From assembly GCA_030680355.1 (NCBI GenBank), contig JAUXVF010000020.1, forward strand, positions 8,811-72,810: a stretch of DNA of 64,000 bases, in the 5' to 3' direction. Shown in pieces: positions 21,473 through 30,269 of this stretch; position 1 is the first letter of the stretch; the number at the start of each line of letters is the position of its first letter. Source of the DNA: Caulobacter sp. Lineage in GTDB: Bacteria > Pseudomonadota > Alphaproteobacteria > Caulobacterales > Caulobacteraceae. Below the pieces are notes generated by a model. That model did not search any database and was not told where the DNA came from. It saw only the letters and a program-made list of their open reading frames with translations. A program made the position numbers and the translations under genes.

Positions 21473-22428
21473 AGGCTGAGTCCCGGCGTCGCCTGTTTCA
21501 TCAGCGCGTCGCGCGCGACGTCCGTGATCGGCACGATCTTGCGCGCGTCGAGGTCGAGGGTGATGGCGATCGCCTCCGAGGTTCCCCAGGCCTTGCCGGT
21601 GTCGGGGTCGACCATCCAGTGGACCAGCCGTTTGGTGCGGGCGTCGACGTCGACCAGCCCGGACCGGACTTCCAGCCGGTCGCCGGCCCGGGGCCAGTCG
21701 AGGTGGATCAGCCGGTACTCGAGAACCGCGCCGCCGACCCGTTTGGGTTGATCGGGGACGGCATTGACCACCGCGTCCCGAAAACCACGAACCAGACGCG
21801 GGATGCCGTCCGACACCCGGCCGATGAACTGTTCGGCCCGCATGCGGCCAAACACGTCGCAGTCGGCGGGGGACACCGCGCCCTGGGCGATCCGCGCCAG
21901 GCCGAGTTCGTCGGCCCGGGCCAGACCGGCCTGTGGGGCGACAGGGGTCAGCGAGACGCTGCGGGCGGCGGCCTGATCAGGCACGGCGACCCTCAGCGCG
22001 TCGGCCCGCGCGAGGGTGCGTTCGGACCAGGCGAAGGGCCGGCCCTCGGCCGGGGTGGCGTGGGTCACAACGGTCTGGAAGGTGGCCGCCAGGGCGCCCG
22101 AGTCACTATGCCAGAGCAGCTGCAGCAGACGCGCGCCATTCTCGGTCATCTCGATCACGCCGCCGGTCATATGCAGGGCGGCGCCGGCATGGGCCTCGCG
22201 CAGGAAGCGGATGTGCTGCTCGCCCACGATCAGGGTGGAGCCGGCCTCCTGGGTGAAGGCGTGGGGCAGGCCCAGCGCCGCGGCCAGTCCGACCAGACCC
22301 TCCATCGCCCGGGTGACGTAGAAGCGCACGTTCATGTGCCCCATCTCGTCGCATTCCCAGGTGTTGACCCCGCCGCGCCAGATTTCGATCGCTTCCCCCA
22401 CGCCGGTCAGGACCGACAGTCCTGGCAA
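21469..22428 (-). CDS. thioesterase-superfamily (double hot-dog) protein
   Basis: 319 aa. N-terminus WRGGVNTWECDEMGHMNVRFY is typical of 4HBT-type acyl-CoA thioesterases. A second hot-dog half is present. Confidence 0.7.
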   Translation of the reverse strand: MPGLSVLTGVGEAIEIWRGGVNTWECDEMGHMNVRFYVTRAMEGLVGLAAALGLPHAFTQEAGSTLIVGEQHIRFLREAHAGAALHMTGGVIEMTENGARLLQLLWHSDSGALAATFQTVVTHATPAEGRPFAWSERTLARADALRVAVPDQAAARSVSLTPVAPQAGLARADELGLARIAQGAVSPADCDVFGRMRAEQFIGRVSDGIPRLVRGFRDAVVNAVPDQPKRVGGAVLEYRLIHLDWPRAGDRLEVRSGLVDVDARTKRLVHWMVDPDTGKAWGTSEAIAITLDLDARKIVPITDVARDALMKQATPGLSL

Positions 22429-22892
22429 AGACCGTGAGCCTCGACGGTCAGCGTCGTCAGGATGAAGCCCTCGCCGTTGGCCATCCGCTCAATCTCCTGG
22501 GTTCCGGTGGGCGCGATCTCGCGCGTGACGCCGCAGCAGTCGCAGATCAGGAAGGCGGCGCCATGCCCGTCCGCGTCGCCGCCACAGGCGATATAGGCGT
22601 TCAGGCTCTCGATGCGGTGGGCGAACCCCTGTTTCGACAGAAAATCCAGGGCCCGGTAGACCGTCGGGGGTTTGGCGGGCGCGCCGTCGTCGCCGAATGC
22701 GGCGATGAGGTCATAGGCCTTCACGGGCTGGCCGACCTGCAGCAGAAGTTCGAGCACCCGGCGGCGCGGCGCGGTCAACCGCTGACCGGCGCGCTCGCAG
22801 CGGGCCTCGGCCGCCGCCAGCAGTCTGGTCAGGGTGTCCCCGGCCAGGCCGCGGTTGTCGTGCTCATGGTCACAGGCGTTGGTATGGGCCAT
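22407..22892 (-). CDS. zur: Fur-family zinc uptake regulator
   Basis: Trimmed to ATG 22892. Winged-helix segment PTVYRALDFL..GFAHR and the Cys pairs CDCCG ... CQDC. Confidence 0.8.
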   Translation of the reverse strand: MAHTNACDHEHDNRGLAGDTLTRLLAAAEARCERAGQRLTAPRRRVLELLLQVGQPVKAYDLIAAFGDDGAPAKPPTVYRALDFLSKQGFAHRIESLNAYIACGGDADGHGAAFLICDCCGVTREIAPTGTQEIERMANGEGFILTTLTVEAHGLCQDCRS

Positions 22893-23005
22893 CCCGCAAC
22901 AGGTAGAGACGCCGCCGCGTCGAGGCAAGGCGCGCGGCCGGTCGGGTTGGGCTTGCCAGCGGCGGCGCGCGGGCCATGCTGGCCGGAAATCACGTGGGAG
23001 GCTCC

Positions 23006-23959
23006 ATGGAGCTGTGGATGATCATGGCGGCCGGGCTCGTCATGCTGGCGGTGGGCGGCGACCTGCTGGTGCGCGGCGCCGCCAGCGCGGCAAGCCGTCT
23101 GGGCGTCAGCCGACTGGTCATCGGGCTGACGGTGGTCGGGTTCGGCACCTCCATGCCGGAACTGGTGACGAGTCTGCGGGCGGCGTTCGGCGGCTCGCCC
23201 GGCATCGCCATCGGCAACATCGTCGGCTCCAACATCTCCAATGTGCTGCTGGTGCTGGGGGCGACCGCCCTGATCACTCCGCTGGTGGTCGACCGGCGGG
23301 CCTTCCGGCGAGACGCTGCCGCCCTGGCCCTGGCGACGGCGGGACTGGCCTGGGCGCTGCTGCAGGGGCGGTTGACGCGGGAAATGGGCGTCGTCGGGTT
23401 CGTCCTGCTGCTGGTCTATCTGCTGATCGTCTGGCTCATGGAGCGGCGTCGGCCCGACGCGGAGGGTGCGCGGATCGCGGCCGCCGTCGCCGGCCGGCCC
23501 GGGGGGGCCGGTCTGTGGCTGGCCCTGCCGATGGCCGCGGTCGGCATCGGCATCACCATTTATGGCGCCCATCTGATGGTCGGCGGGGCGGTGACCCTGG
23601 CCCGCACCCTGGGCGTCTCCGATACGGTCGTGGGCTTGACCATCGTGGCGCTGGGCACGTCGCTGCCCGAACTGGTCACCAGCCTGGTCGCCGCGCTGCG
23701 CAAACAGGGCGAGGTGGCGCTGGGCAATGTGGTCGGCTCCAACCTCTACAACAGTCTCGGCATTCTCGGCCTGACGGCGGCCGTCCGGCCGGTCGACGTG
23801 CCGCCGGCCATCGCCCATGTCGATGTCTGGGTGATGGTCGCCGCGACCGGACTGATGATCCTGCTCATCCAGCGTCGAGACCAGATCACGCGCGGCGAGG
23901 GACTGCTGCTCCTGACCGGCTACGCCGGCTACATGACCTGGCTGGTGCTGAGCGCGTGA
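23006..23959 (+). CDS. CaCA-family calcium/sodium antiporter (YrbG-like)
   Basis: ATG 23006 preceded by GGGAGG. Two alpha-repeats: GTSMPELVTSL...GNIVGSNISN and GTSLPELVTSL...GNVVGSNLYN. Confidence 0.9.
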   Translation: MELWMIMAAGLVMLAVGGDLLVRGAASAASRLGVSRLVIGLTVVGFGTSMPELVTSLRAAFGGSPGIAIGNIVGSNISNVLLVLGATALITPLVVDRRAFRRDAAALALATAGLAWALLQGRLTREMGVVGFVLLLVYLLIVWLMERRRPDAEGARIAAAVAGRPGGAGLWLALPMAAVGIGITIYGAHLMVGGAVTLARTLGVSDTVVGLTIVALGTSLPELVTSLVAALRKQGEVALGNVVGSNLYNSLGILGLTAAVRPVDVPPAIAHVDVWVMVAATGLMILLIQRRDQITRGEGLLLLTGYAGYMTWLVLSA

Positions 23960-24454
23960 TCAGGTCTTCGGCCGCGTCCAGGTGACCGTCACGGTGCTGC
24001 CGCCGCCTTCGGGCGAGGCCATCACCTGGACGCCCCGCTTGTCAGCCTTGTTCTGGCCGACGAACATCAGCGCCGCGCCCATGTCTGCGTCCATCGCTGA
24101 AGCCAGGCCGGTCGCCGCGGCCCTGGCCTTGTAGAAGTCGATGATCTGCCGGGGCGTCTTGTCGCTGGTGAAGACGACCGAGCCGCCCTCGGCGTTGCGG
24201 GCGCCGCTGCCGACCCCCGAAACCGTGCTGCTGACCCGGGCCCCGGGAAACAGGGGCGCGAAGTCCGGCAGGCCGCTGGCCGCCGCCGCTGCCGCGCTGG
24301 CGTTCTGGGCGACGGTGACCGCGCCGTCCTCGCCCCTGATCGTGTAGCTGTCGGGCGAGGTGGCGACGACCGCCGCCTTGCCGCTGTCCTCGGTCTTGCC
24401 GCAGGCCGCCAGCGGCAGGGCGACCATGGCCGCCAGGGTGATGATGGAACGCAT
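23960..24454 (-). CDS. lipoprotein, function unknown
   Basis: 164 aa with lipobox LPLAAC|G after a signal peptide. No recognised domain. Confidence 0.65.
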   Translation of the reverse strand: MRSIITLAAMVALPLAACGKTEDSGKAAVVATSPDSYTIRGEDGAVTVAQNASAAAAAASGLPDFAPLFPGARVSSTVSGVGSGARNAEGGSVVFTSDKTPRQIIDFYKARAAATGLASAMDADMGAALMFVGQNKADKRGVQVMASPEGGGSTVTVTWTRPKT

Positions 24455-24465
24455 ATCCGCCTCAT

Positions 24466-24501
24466 GAAAAAGCCGCGCGAGGGGCCAACCCTCGCGCGGC
24501 T
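24466..24501 (-). terminator. intrinsic terminator after the DHS-like gene
   Basis: On the minus strand: AGCCGCGCGAGGG-ttggc-CCCTCGCGCGGCT followed by TTTTT. It sits 12 nt before the lipoprotein ATG. Confidence 0.8.
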
Positions 24502-24525
24502 TCGTCTCGAGTGCAACGCCCTGGA

Positions 24526-25572
24526 TCAGGCGAACAGCTTCTGCCAGCGGGGTTTCACCCGGCTCTTCCAGGCCCCGCGATGGTAGGCGTCCGAGCCGAT
24601 CAGCGGCACCACGGTGGTCGCCTCGGCGAAGACCATCTGTTCGAAGGTGGTGTTCACCTTGCCCCAGCTGGCGGCCTCCTTGAGGGTCGAGGACGAGCAG
24701 GCGCCGTCACGCACATCGGCGACGGTGATCTGCACGGCGTATTTGTGCATCTCGGCCTCGACGCCGAGGATTTCGGCGCAGACGACGGTGTCCTGGGCGA
24801 AGTTCTTGGGCACGCCGCCGCCGACCATGAACAGGCCGGTGGTGCCGGCCGCGATCTTGATGTCGGTCAGTTCGCGGAAGTCGGCGATGGCGTCGAGCAT
24901 CATGTAGGGCTTGCCGGCGGCGGCGCGTTCCTTCTGGTGTTTGACCAGGCCAAAGCCCGCCGAGCTGTCGACAAAGGCCGGGCAGAAGATCGGCACGCCT
25001 TCTTCATAGGCGGTCTGGATCAGGCTGCCGGGCTTCTTGGCGTTGCCCTCAGCCAACCATTTGCCCATTTCCCAGATGAACTCGCGCGAGGAATAGCCGC
25101 GCGGCTCCAGCCGGTTGGCGATCTCCAGGATGGTGTGGTCGCAGGCCTGGAGTTCTTCCTCGTCGATATAGGTGTCGTAGATGCGGTCGATGTAGTTCTC
25201 GCGCAGCACGTTGTCGTCGACCGTGCCGGCGGCCTGGTAGTGTTTGAAACCCAGGGCCTCGAAGAAATCCATGTCGACGATCGAGGCGCCGGTGGCGACC
25301 ACCGCGTCGATCATGCCCAGCTTCACCATGTCACGATAGACATGCATGCAGCCGCCGGCGCTGGTCGATCCGGCCAGGATCAGCCAGGGCGAGCAGGACT
25401 TGTCTTCCAGCGCCATGTTGAAGATGTCGGCCGCCCGGGCGGTGTCGCGCGAGCTGAAGCTCATCTTGCGCATGGCGTCGATGATCGGGCGGGCGTCGAA
25501 GCTGGCGATGTCGACGTGCTCGACCGTGTTGGACAGCAGCTGGGCTTTGGTGTTGGGAACGGGAGCGTTCAT
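24526..25572 (-). CDS. deoxyhypusine synthase-like protein (candidate homospermidine synthase)
   Basis: 348 aa from ATG 25572. Sequence ...SCSPWLILAGSTSAGGCMHVYRDMVKLGMIDAVVATGASIVDMDFFEALG... matches the DHS family fold. It lies downstream of an ornithine decarboxylase gene. Confidence 0.85.
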   Translation of the reverse strand: MNAPVPNTKAQLLSNTVEHVDIASFDARPIIDAMRKMSFSSRDTARAADIFNMALEDKSCSPWLILAGSTSAGGCMHVYRDMVKLGMIDAVVATGASIVDMDFFEALGFKHYQAAGTVDDNVLRENYIDRIYDTYIDEEELQACDHTILEIANRLEPRGYSSREFIWEMGKWLAEGNAKKPGSLIQTAYEEGVPIFCPAFVDSSAGFGLVKHQKERAAAGKPYMMLDAIADFRELTDIKIAAGTTGLFMVGGGVPKNFAQDTVVCAEILGVEAEMHKYAVQITVADVRDGACSSSTLKEAASWGKVNTTFEQMVFAEATTVVPLIGSDAYHRGAWKSRVKPRWQKLFA

Positions 25573-25710
25573 TTGGTCGGGTTTCCCTGATCTTTTGAGC
25601 GCCCGTCGTTGAAACTGGTGTTCGCCGGGACGGAGCGACCGACGAAACCATGACGCCGCCACCGCCGGACAGGGTCCAACGGCGCAGGCCCGGAAATGAC
25701 GACAGTAGTA

Positions 25711-26976
25711 CTAGCGTCGCCGCTGTTTGCGCACGCCGGCCTTGCCCTTGGGGCGAGACAGGCGGACGATCTTGCGGGCCTGCTCCTCGGCCGTGGTGCG
25801 CACGGTCGGGATGGAGCGGGGCGCCAAACCATAGAGCGAAGCCATCGGCGCGTCACCGACCGTGGCCAGTTCGTGCTCGCCATAGCCGTTGAAGCCGGTC
25901 GACATGGCCACGCCATAGGCGCCCAGCATGCCGATCTCGATGAAGTCACCCTCGCGCACGTCGGCCGGCAGCCAGAACGGACCTGGCATGTGGTCGATCG
26001 AATCACAGGTCGGCCCGTAGAAGCGGAAGGGCTTCAGCTCGGCCGAGGCTGCGCTGTCCCGCACCAGCTTGGTCGGAAACGGCCAACGCGAATGCGTGGC
26101 GTCGAACAGCGCGCCGTAGGAGCCGTCGTTCAGATAGAGGGCGTCGCCCTTCTTCAGATCGACCCGGCACAGGACGGATGAGGACTCGGCGACCAGCGCG
26201 CGGCCGGGTTCGCACCACAGCTCGGTGGTTTCGCTGACCGGCATCTCGTTGAAGCCGCGGTGGATGGCGTCGGCGTACTCGCTCATGTCGGGCGGAACCA
26301 TGCCCGGATAGACCGAGGGGAAGCCGCCGCCGACATCGACGATGTCGACAATCACGCCGGCGCGGCTGATCGAACGGCCGACCTGGGCCATGGCCGCCTG
26401 GTAGGCGGTCGGGCGCATGCACTGGCTGCCGACATGGAAGCTGACGCCCATCAGGCCATCGACCACCGCCTGGCGGGTCGCCAGCAGCAGAGCGGGGGCC
26501 TGGTCCGGCGACACGCCGAACTTGCCCGACAAGGTGTAGGCGGCGCCTTCCGTCGAGACGGCCATGCGCACGATCAGGTTCAGGTCATGGGCCCGGCCGG
26601 TGGCGTCGAGAATCTTTTCCAGCTCTTCCTGGCAGTCGAGCGAGAAGGTCCGCACGCCGTGATCGAAATAGGCCTTTGTGATCGCCTGCCGGCTCTTGAC
26701 CGGATGCATGAAGGCCAGCCGCGCGTCGGGGCTCACCGATCGCACCAGCTCGATTTCTCTCAGCGAGGCGACGTCGAATCCGGTGACGCCCGCCGCCACG
26801 AGAGTCTCAACGACCCAGTGGGAGGGGTTGGCCTTCACCGCGTAGAAGACGTCGGCTTTCAGATTGTCCTGGAACCAGCGCGCCGCTACGGCGACGGTGG
26901 CAGGTCGCACAAGGGCGACAGGCCGTTCCGGTGACCGCTCACGGACCAGGTCCAGGGGAGTTTGGTACGTGCGCAA
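25711..26976 (-). CDS. type III PLP-dependent ornithine/lysine decarboxylase
   Basis: Contains FYAVKANP (PLP lysine), DVGGGFP, and CEPGRALV...GPTCDSID. The start is uncertain: TTG 26976 (AGGGGG 9 nt upstream, 421 aa), GTG 27036, or ATG 27123 (track ORF). Confidence 0.88.
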   Translation of the reverse strand: MRTYQTPLDLVRERSPERPVALVRPATVAVAARWFQDNLKADVFYAVKANPSHWVVETLVAAGVTGFDVASLREIELVRSVSPDARLAFMHPVKSRQAITKAYFDHGVRTFSLDCQEELEKILDATGRAHDLNLIVRMAVSTEGAAYTLSGKFGVSPDQAPALLLATRQAVVDGLMGVSFHVGSQCMRPTAYQAAMAQVGRSISRAGVIVDIVDVGGGFPSVYPGMVPPDMSEYADAIHRGFNEMPVSETTELWCEPGRALVAESSSVLCRVDLKKGDALYLNDGSYGALFDATHSRWPFPTKLVRDSAASAELKPFRFYGPTCDSIDHMPGPFWLPADVREGDFIEIGMLGAYGVAMSTGFNGYGEHELATVGDAPMASLYGLAPRSIPTVRTTAEEQARKIVRLSRPKGKAGVRKQRRR

Positions 26977-27184
26977 TTCACGTAGCCCCCTGCAAATTGT
27001 TAAACCCAGACCGGCGTTAGCAGCGCAGTTGGACACGGGGTCCGCCGGAACGGGGCGAGATAGGGGGCCTTGTGCCGGATGTAAAGCCTTTTTCGCGGCG
27101 CCCGGAACGCGAACATCGCGCATTTTGCGCGGCTATGGGCATCATCGCCTCTTCCCCCGACGGGGAGGGGAGGGATATGCCTTT

Positions 27185-27202
27185 GCGTCACGAAACTTTC
27201 GC
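27185..27202 (+). promoter_or_regulatory. Pho-box-like 7-4-7 direct repeat upstream of phnC
   Basis: GCGTCAC-gaaa-CTTTCGC lies about 55 bp upstream of the phnC ATG. The first half-site resembles CTGTCA(C/T). Assignment to PhoB is inference. Confidence 0.45.
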
Positions 27203-27256
27203 GCGCCTCTTCCAAGAGTGACGGGCTTCTGTGTTAAGGACTCGTCTCGAAAAGCC

Positions 27257-28051
27257 ATGACGACAGCCGCCGTTCTATCGATCCGATCGGTCTCCAAGAC
27301 CTTTGGCTCCCGTCGCGCGCTCGACGGGGTGACCCTGGATGTTGCGCGGGGCGAGATGGTGGCCCTGATCGGTCCGTCGGGCTCGGGCAAGTCGACCCTG
27401 CTGCGATCCGTGGACGGATTGCAGACCATCGACGCCGGGGCCGGGGTCATCGAGGCCTTCGGCGGCAAGGTGCAGGCCAAGGGCCGTCTGAGTGAAAAGG
27501 TTCGCGACGCCCGCATCCGCATCGGCTTTATCGCCCAGCAGTTCAATCTGGTCGGACGGCTCAGCCTGTTCACCAACGTCGCCCTGGGCTCCCTGGGCCG
27601 GATCAGCTTCATCCGCGGCGTGCTCGGCCACTGGCCCGAAGAAACCAAGGCCGCGGCGATGCAGGCCCTGCACCGGGTGGGGGTTTCCGACTACGCCGGC
27701 CAGCGCGCCAATACGCTCTCGGGCGGGCAGCAGCAGCGCGGCGCCATCGCCCGGGCGCTGGTGCAGAAGGCCAAGATCATCCTGGCCGACGAGCCCGTGG
27801 CGTCGCTGGACCCGGTGTCGGCCCGCAAGGTCATGGAAATCCTGCGCGACCTGAACCAGAAGGACGGCCTGACCGTCATCGTAACCCTGCACCAGGTCGA
27901 CTACGCCCTGCGCTACAGCGACCGGGTCGTGGCGCTCAAGGCCGGCAAGAAGGTCTATGACGGTCCGCCGTCCGGCCTCGACAGGTCCAAACTCATCGAA
28001 ATCTACGGCCCGGAATTCGAAGACGTCTTCTGGGAAGGAGCTCCCGCATGA
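27257..28051 (+). CDS. phnC: phosphonate ABC transporter ATP-binding protein
   Basis: Trimmed to ATG 27257. Walker A GPSGSGKST, signature LSGGQQQRGAIARAL, Walker B ILADEP. phnD and phnE follow. Confidence 0.92.
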   Translation: MTTAAVLSIRSVSKTFGSRRALDGVTLDVARGEMVALIGPSGSGKSTLLRSVDGLQTIDAGAGVIEAFGGKVQAKGRLSEKVRDARIRIGFIAQQFNLVGRLSLFTNVALGSLGRISFIRGVLGHWPEETKAAAMQALHRVGVSDYAGQRANTLSGGQQQRGAIARALVQKAKIILADEPVASLDPVSARKVMEILRDLNQKDGLTVIVTLHQVDYALRYSDRVVALKAGKKVYDGPPSGLDRSKLIEIYGPEFEDVFWEGAPA

Positions 28052-29067
28052 TTATCCGTCGTTCGTTGATGGTCCTGGGGGCCGCCGCGGCGCTCCTGCT
28101 TTCGGGCTGTGGCGAGAAGGCCGCGACCGGCGCCGCCAAGGACACGATCAACTTCTCGATCCTGTCCACCGAGTCCGCCCAGAACATGGAGTCCTATTGG
28201 AACCCCGTGCTGGCGGACATGGAGCGCGAGACCGGCCTGAAGGTGAAACCCTTCTTCTCGTCGAACTACAGCGCCCTGATCGAGGCCATGCGGTTCAAAC
28301 AGACCGATCTGGGCTGGTTTTCCAACCAGTCGGGTCTTGAAGCGGTGCGTCGGTCGAATGGCGAAGTTTTCGCCCGCACCTTCGACCCCTCGGGCACCGA
28401 CGGCTACAAATCGGTGATCATCGTGCCGATCGACAGCAAGATCCGCACGCTGGACGATCTGTTCAAATGCGATCGCACCCTGAATTTCGGCATGGGGGAC
28501 AAGAAGTCCACCTCCGGCACCCTGGTGCCGATGGTCGAGGTCTTCCTGCCGCGCGGCGTCAAACCCGAGACCTGTTTCAAGACCGTCCTGTCGGCCAACC
28601 ACCAGGCCAATCTGTTCGCGGTGGCCAATCGCCGGCTCGACGCATCGACCAACAACTCCACGGCCCTGGCCCTCAACCGCGCCCGCCAGGAGGGCCAGGC
28701 CGAACGGGTCCGGGTGATCTGGGAGTCGCCCACCCTGCCCGAGGACCCGGTGGTCTGGCGCAAGGATCTGGACCCGGCGGTGAAGGAAAAGCTGCGCCAG
28801 TTCTTCCTGACCTACGGCCAGGGAACCGGGCCCGAGGCCGCGCGTCAGCGGGCCAATCTGGCCAAGATCAGCATCGGCGGCTTCAAGCCCGCCGACGATT
28901 CCCACCTGATGCCCGTGCGGGAGTGGGAAGCGGCTGAAAACCTCGGCCTGGCCGAAGCGACCGGCGACGCCGGCAAGATCGCCGAGGCGCGCGCCGCCCT
29001 GGCCGCCATCCGCGCGCAACGCGCCGCCCTGGCGTCCAAGGCCGGCGCCCCGGCGACCGTCAATTGA
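28048..29067 (+). CDS. phnD: phosphonate/phosphite ABC transporter substrate-binding lipoprotein
   Basis: 339 aa with lipobox LLSGC. PhnD-like sequence INFSILSTES...YSALIEAMRFKQTDLGWF. The start overlaps the phnC stop by 4 nt. Confidence 0.9.
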   Translation: MIIRRSLMVLGAAAALLLSGCGEKAATGAAKDTINFSILSTESAQNMESYWNPVLADMERETGLKVKPFFSSNYSALIEAMRFKQTDLGWFSNQSGLEAVRRSNGEVFARTFDPSGTDGYKSVIIVPIDSKIRTLDDLFKCDRTLNFGMGDKKSTSGTLVPMVEVFLPRGVKPETCFKTVLSANHQANLFAVANRRLDASTNNSTALALNRARQEGQAERVRVIWESPTLPEDPVVWRKDLDPAVKEKLRQFFLTYGQGTGPEAARQRANLAKISIGGFKPADDSHLMPVREWEAAENLGLAEATGDAGKIAEARAALAAIRAQRAALASKAGAPATVN

Positions 29068-29912
29068 GCGCCGGAATGACCGTCGAGTCCGATCTTCAAC
29101 CGCCCCGCCGTCCGCTGTCGGCCCAACTGTTCGACCTCGCCCTGTGGGGCGGCGTCGCCATCCTGCTGATCATCAGTTTCGGACCGGCCGAGATCGGCAA
29201 GTTCCCGATGCTGTTCAGCAGCGAAAGCCGGATGGGCGAGTTCATCAGCGGCTTTTTCTCGCCGTTCCGGTTCTGGGATCCGGCCTGGATCCTGTCCGAT
29301 CTGACGGAGCGGGCCTGGCCTCTCTATGTCGGCAAGATGTGGCAGACCATCCAGATGGCGCTCTGGGGCACGGCCCTGGCCATCGTGGTCGCCGTTCCCT
29401 TCGGCCTGCTGGGCGCGCGCAACATCGCCCCGGCCTGGATCCAGCAGCCGGTTCGCCGCTTCCTTGATCTGGTGCGGTCGATCCCCGACCTGGTGGTGGC
29501 GGTTATCTTCATCACCGCGGTGGGCCTTGGCCCGTTCGCCGGCGTCATGGCCATGATGTTCAACACCGGCGGCGTGCTGGCCAAACTGTTCTCCGAGGCG
29601 GTCGAGTCGATCGACAAGGGGCCTGTCGAGGGCGTGCGCGCCACCGGCGCGGGCCGGCTTCCGGAGATCGTCTGGGGCGTCATCCCCCAGGTGGCGCCGC
29701 TGTGGACCAGCTATGCCCTGTACCGGTTCGAATCAAACAGCCGCGCCGCGACCGTACTGGGCCTGATCGGCGCCGGCGGCATCGGCCAGGTGCTGATCGA
29801 TTCGACCAACTCGTTCAGCTATGGCGACACCGGCTGTATCGTGCTGGTCATCGTCATCGCCGTGTCGGCGATCGACCTGCTGTCCCAGGCCATCCGCAGC
29901 CGCCTGCTCTGA
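29064..29912 (+). CDS. phnE: phosphonate ABC transporter permease
   Basis: 282 aa, overlapping the phnD stop. Multi-TM protein with the EAA-type loop region VESIDKGPVEGVRATGAG. Confidence 0.9.
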   Translation: MSAGMTVESDLQPPRRPLSAQLFDLALWGGVAILLIISFGPAEIGKFPMLFSSESRMGEFISGFFSPFRFWDPAWILSDLTERAWPLYVGKMWQTIQMALWGTALAIVVAVPFGLLGARNIAPAWIQQPVRRFLDLVRSIPDLVVAVIFITAVGLGPFAGVMAMMFNTGGVLAKLFSEAVESIDKGPVEGVRATGAGRLPEIVWGVIPQVAPLWTSYALYRFESNSRAATVLGLIGAGGIGQVLIDSTNSFSYGDTGCIVLVIVIAVSAIDLLSQAIRSRLL

Positions 29913-29959
29913 CGGTTCGCGTCGCCGCCCGCCGGTCAGACCATCCGTCTTCGGACGAT

Positions 29960-30021
29960 CTGTCACGAAAACGACGCATCACTGTCGCCGAAGCTTCCAA
30001 CAGCTGTCGCCTGACCGTCGC
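29960..30021 (+). promoter_or_regulatory. array of 11-bp-phased CTGTC(A/G)C repeats (Pho-box-like)
   Basis: CTGTCAC-gaaa-ACGACGC-atca-CTGTCGC-cgaa-GCTTCCA-acag-CTGTCGC-ctga-CCGTCGC. Heptamers start at 29960, 29971, 29982, 29993, 30004 and 30015. Located between phnE and the PstS-like gene. Confidence 0.55.
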
Positions 30022-30269
30022 GACCCGAGCCTAGGAGTGCGGCCGAACCCTCCGCGAGGGGCGTGGGGTGTCGCGACAAGGGTCCGTACATGAAGACGAA
30101 GACCTCGCCGACTTTCGGGTCTGCGTGGATCGTGCCTGCGGCGTCGGCCCTTGTCCGGCGCGCACAGGTTCAGCAATAGCTTTCCGACCACCAGGGTCCG
30201 TTGACATGGATGCCCCGCCGCTCTTCGTCCAGTTCGACTTTCGACCGCATTCATCCAGGAGATGATTCC

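Noticed and set aside
22893-23005. Zur box in the zur / CaCA divergent intergenic region
   Set aside because: The region is uniformly GC-rich and has no AT-rich palindrome of the kind bound by Fur-family regulators.
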